NCBI GenBank assembly: GCA_963827475.1
Contig: CAWHAZ010000005.1
Span: 800,001-864,000 of the forward strand
From: an uncultured Chloroflexia bacterium
GTDB taxonomy: Bacteria; Chloroflexota; Limnocylindria; QHBO01
Length of the DNA stretch: 64,000 bases
Direction: 5' to 3'
Part shown: in pieces, positions 60,652 to 64,000 of the stretch
Position numbering within the stretch: the first letter of the stretch is position 1
How the letters are laid out: every line of letters starts with the position of its first letter
Program-made: the position numbers and the translations under genes
The notes under the pieces: model-generated
What the model was told of the DNA's origin: nothing
The model's input: only the letters and a program-made list of their open reading frames with translations
The model's database searches: none

Positions 60652-62241
60652 CTAGTCGCGCCCGTGGCGGAGGGCACGTCCCGGGAGGGCGCCGGTGTGG
60701 CGACCGCCGTCGACCACCAGCTCCCCGTTGACGATCACGTGCTCGATCCCGTCCGGGAACTGCCTCGGCTCGTCGACCGTGGCATTCGACCGAACACGGG
60801 CCGGGTCAAAGACCACGACGTCCGCCGCGTACCCGTCGCGCAGCAGGCCGCGGTCGCGCAAGCCGAGCCGGGCCGCCGGGGCGGAGGTCATCTTGCGCAC
60901 CGCCTCTTCGAGACTGAGCCGCCGCTCGTCGCGGACGAACTGGCCCAGGACCCGGGGATAGGAGCCATAGCTGCGCGGCGACGGCTTCAGACCGATGAAC
61001 GTCGAGTCGGTGCCGACCATGCCGACCGGGTGGGCGACGAAGTGGGGGAGGGTCTCGGACCACGGCCCGGGCGTGACCTGGTTGAGGCGGAGGTCCTCCT
61101 CGAGCAGGAGATCGCACAGCGTGTCGATCGGGTCGCGGTCGATCTCGCGGCTGACCTCCTCCAGCGTGCGGCCCTCCCACCGCTGGTTCGCCGCGGAGTG
61201 AAAGGCACCGAGCCGCACGTCGGCCCAGGTGAGCGGCGCGCCGTGCAGGGGGTCGTGGCGTGACATCTCCTCGCGCAGTCGCTGGCGGGTTGCCCCGTCC
61301 GCCAGCCGCTCCTTGAGCGCGTCCGGCCCGCCGGCCTGGACCCAGTGGGGGAGCTGGATGAGGAGCCGGGTCGACGCCCACTCGTACGGGTAGGTGTCGA
61401 ACGTGACGTCCTGGCCCTCGGCCCGGGCGTCGTCGACGAGCGCCAGCATCGGCTCGTGCCCACCGGGGTAGTTCCGGCGGTGATAGAAGTGGGTGAGGTG
61501 CACCGGTCCGTGGGCCATGTCGCCGATGGCCAGCGCCTCGCGGAACGGATCGAGGTACCGGTCGCCGAGGTCGTACCGCACATGGGTGTGGTAGAAGCCG
61601 CCCTCGCGCGCCGCGGTGGCGGTGAGATCCGCCAGCTCCTCCGTGGTCGCGTAGGCGCCGGGCGGGTAGTCCAGCCCGCTCGACAGGCCGAACGCGCCCT
61701 CGGCCATCCCCTCGCGGAGCATGGCCCGCATGTCGGCCATCGCCATGTGGTCGGCCGGGACGTCGTCCCAGCCGAGGACGCAGATGCGCAGGGCGGAGTT
61801 GCCGATCATGAGCGCCACGTTCACCGCTACCGTGCCGTCGAAGCGGCCGAGGTACGAGGCGACCGTGTCCCAGTCGAGCGCGACGTCCGGACGGCCGTCG
61901 AGGCCGGCGTTCATCACCACCAGCGCCTGGAGATCGTCCGGATCGTTCAGCGGCGCATAGGACAGGCCGTCCACCCCGATGACCTCGGTGGTCACCCCCT
62001 GGCGGACCTTCGGCTCGTGCGACGGCTCGTGGAGGAGCCACAGGCCCGAGTGCGAGTGGAGGTCGATGAACCCGGGCGCGACGACCATCCCCGTCGCGTC
62101 GATGACCCGCTCGACCGGTGGCGCGTCGTCGTCGGCCTCGAGCAGCCGCAGCCGTCCATCGGCGACAAGCAGGCTGCCGGTGCGGCCGGGCGCGCCGCTG
62201 CCATCGACCAGGGTGCCGCCGCGGAGGAGGAGGTCGCTCAC
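60652..62241 (-). CDS. N-acyl-D-amino-acid deacylase family amidohydrolase
   Basis: PGFID.HSHS, QGVTTEV.G.DG.S, GLSSGL.Y.PG, D.YPY, TDS, PR.YG.YPR.LG. Confidence 0.88.
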   Translation of the reverse strand: MSDLLLRGGTLVDGSGAPGRTGSLLVADGRLRLLEADDDAPPVERVIDATGMVVAPGFIDLHSHSGLWLLHEPSHEPKVRQGVTTEVIGVDGLSYAPLNDPDDLQALVVMNAGLDGRPDVALDWDTVASYLGRFDGTVAVNVALMIGNSALRICVLGWDDVPADHMAMADMRAMLREGMAEGAFGLSSGLDYPPGAYATTEELADLTATAAREGGFYHTHVRYDLGDRYLDPFREALAIGDMAHGPVHLTHFYHRRNYPGGHEPMLALVDDARAEGQDVTFDTYPYEWASTRLLIQLPHWVQAGGPDALKERLADGATRQRLREEMSRHDPLHGAPLTWADVRLGAFHSAANQRWEGRTLEEVSREIDRDPIDTLCDLLLEEDLRLNQVTPGPWSETLPHFVAHPVGMVGTDSTFIGLKPSPRSYGSYPRVLGQFVRDERRLSLEEAVRKMTSAPAARLGLRDRGLLRDGYAADVVVFDPARVRSNATVDEPRQFPDGIEHVIVNGELVVDGGRHTGALPGRALRHGRD

Positions 62242-63209
62242 CGGCGGCTCAGCGGTCCGCCGCCGCGACCATGACGGGCGGCCACCAGCTCGGCCACGAT
62301 CGCCAGGCCGATCTCGGCGGGTTCGCGCCCTCCGAGATCGAGACCGATGGGTGCCCGCAGCGCGGCCAGCTGCTCGTCGGTGAGGCCCGCGGTGCGCAGC
62401 CGGGCCCGACGATCCTCCTGCGCTCGCTGGCTGCCGATCGCGCCGACATAGGCCGGGCCGTGCTCGGCGGTCAGGGCGGCGACCAGGGCCGGCTCGTCGA
62501 TCTTCGGGTCGTGGGACAGCACGACGACCGCGTCGTCCGCGCGGAGCCCGTGTTCGGCGAACGCGCGATCGGGCCAGTCAGGGATGACGGAGGCGCCCCC
62601 GAAACGCGGCTGCTCGGCGAACAGCCGCCGCGGGTCCACGACCAGGGGCGTGAATCCGGCGCGGGCGGCAAATGCGGTCACGTGCTCGGCGATGTGGCCC
62701 GCGCCCACGATCCAGACCCGCGGCGGCGGCAGGGCACGGTCATAGACGACCTCGCCGGAGTCGGTGACGTGGAGCGCCGCATCCCCGTCGAGGATGCGCC
62801 GGGTCCCCATCGCCTCGCCTGTGATCGCGATCTCGCGGGCTGCCGGCCGCTCAGCGGCGACGAGGGCGGTGAACAGCTCCACCAGCGCCGCCCGCGGCCC
62901 CTCGACCGGCTCGATCAGCACCTCGATCGTGCCGCCGCACATCAGTCCGACCTCGAGCCCCTGCTCGTCACTGATCCCGTAGCGGCGCACGACCGGGTGA
63001 CCGGCGTGCAGCACGGTCAGCGCGTGCTCGACGACGTCCCCCTCCACGCATCCGCCGCTGACCGATCCGGCCATCTCGCCGTCCGTGGACACCGCCAGCT
63101 TGGCGCCGACCCTCCGTGGAGCGGAGCCCTCGACCCGGACCACGGTGGCCAGCGCCGCCTGACGACCGTCACCCCTCCAGCTGCGGACCGCCGCGAGCGC
63201 TTCGTCCAT
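62238..63209 (-). CDS. xdhC: XdhC/CoxI-family Moco sulfuration/insertion chaperone
   Basis: GSAPR..GA, GS.SGGCVE, GL.CGG, SHDPK.D.P.L, YVGA.GS, PIGLD.G...P.E. Confidence 0.9.
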   Translation of the reverse strand: MDEALAAVRSWRGDGRQAALATVVRVEGSAPRRVGAKLAVSTDGEMAGSVSGGCVEGDVVEHALTVLHAGHPVVRRYGISDEQGLEVGLMCGGTIEVLIEPVEGPRAALVELFTALVAAERPAAREIAITGEAMGTRRILDGDAALHVTDSGEVVYDRALPPPRVWIVGAGHIAEHVTAFAARAGFTPLVVDPRRLFAEQPRFGGASVIPDWPDRAFAEHGLRADDAVVVLSHDPKIDEPALVAALTAEHGPAYVGAIGSQRAQEDRRARLRTAGLTDEQLAALRAPIGLDLGGREPAEIGLAIVAELVAARHGRGGGPLSRR

Positions 63210-63230
63210 CAGAGGTCCAGTATGCGACCG

Positions 63231-63803
63231 ATGACGGACCAATCGAAGGTGGCCGCCGTGATCCTCGCCGCCGGTCAGGGCCGGCGCTTCGGCAGCCCCA
63301 AGCTCGTCGCCCAGCTGGGCGGGCAGACGCTGCTCAGCCACGTCGCGAGGCGGGCTCGCGAGGCCGGGCTCGACCCGATCATCGCGGTCGTGCCGGTCGG
63401 GGCGGAGACGCCGGCACGCGTGGAGGCGGTGGTGAACCATGACCCGGCCCGCGGGATGAGCACCTCCCTCCAGCTCGGGATCGGTGCCGTGCCGCCGGAG
63501 CGCGCCGCGCTCGTCCTGCTCGTCGACCAGCCGACGGTGGCGCCCGAGGCGATCGCGGCGGTGCTCGCCGCGCGCGGGAACCGGCCGCTGGTGGCCGCCT
63601 CGGCCGAAGGCCGCTACGGGCCGCCCGTCCTGATCGAGCCCGATGCCGTCCCCACGGTCATGGCGCTGAGCGGGGACATCGGTCTGCGGGAGGTCCTGGC
63701 CGCCCATCCCGAGATGGTCGAGGCGGTGCCCGTGCCGGTGCATGCCCCGGATGTCGACACCGAGGCCGACCTCGACGACCTGGAGGCTAGACTCGACTCG
63801 TGA
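63231..63803 (+). CDS. mocA: molybdenum cofactor cytidylyltransferase (MocA-like)
   Basis: ILAAG...RFG.PKL, GM.TSL..G, LVDQP, GD.G.R, DVDT..D. Confidence 0.85.
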   Translation: MTDQSKVAAVILAAGQGRRFGSPKLVAQLGGQTLLSHVARRAREAGLDPIIAVVPVGAETPARVEAVVNHDPARGMSTSLQLGIGAVPPERAALVLLVDQPTVAPEAIAAVLAARGNRPLVAASAEGRYGPPVLIEPDAVPTVMALSGDIGLREVLAAHPEMVEAVPVPVHAPDVDTEADLDDLEARLDS

Positions 63804-64000
63804 CCATCGAACGGGTCGGCAGCGCCGAGGCCCTCGAGGACGAGCTCGCGCTCGAAGCGACCGTTCGCCCTCGCCGCCTGGACGAGTTCGCGGGGCAGGA
63901 GCGGATCAAGGAGAACCTGGCCATCCTGATCGACGCCGCCCGCCAGCGGTCCGAGCCGGTGGACCACATCCTGCTCTACGGACCCCCCGGCCTGGGCAAG
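63800..64000 (+). CDS. ruvB: Holliday junction branch migration ATPase (3' truncated)
   Basis: GTG 63800 gives [15 protein letters not shown]...[42 protein letters not shown]. Confidence 0.95.
   Translation, partial: MTIERVGSAEALEDELALEATVRPRRLDEFAGQERIKENLAILIDAARQRSEPVDHILLYGPPGLGK

Overview
This is 64 kb of very GC-rich, densely coding bacterial chromosome. Gene content and style suggest a Chloroflexota-like or Actinomycetota-like soil or sediment organism, which is inference only. Housekeeping blocks are thrS...infC-rpmI-rplT-pheS-pheT-cvpA-mpg-mutS2, a class A PBP, tyrS, an EF-G paralogue, yebC-ruvC-ruvA and, about 20 kb later, ruvB. Accessory genes include a TM0106 nuclease-helicase, CADD, paaABCD, two cyclase-STAND-TPR proteins and a GH63-like glucosidase. 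A purine catabolism cluster (XDH, uricase, HIU hydrolase, OHCU decarboxylase, cyclic amidohydrolase, malate synthase) lies between ruvA and ruvB. I found no rRNA, tRNA, CRISPR array, integrase or transposase. The best novelty candidates are: (1) a ~100-nt non-coding transcription unit behind a TPR protein, with its own promoter, an operator-like palindrome, a terminator and a UGGGCAC motif exposed twice; (2) a purine pathway with an allantoate-to-glyoxylate gap and two orphan genes (DUF3830-like, D-aminoacylase-like) positioned to fill it; (3) a phosphatase coupled to a RanBP2-type zinc-finger membrane protein; (4) pervasive leaderless gene starts. Four or five single-base insertions in short G/C runs look like long-read errors. 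All family assignments come from motif recognition by eye, and no searches were run.
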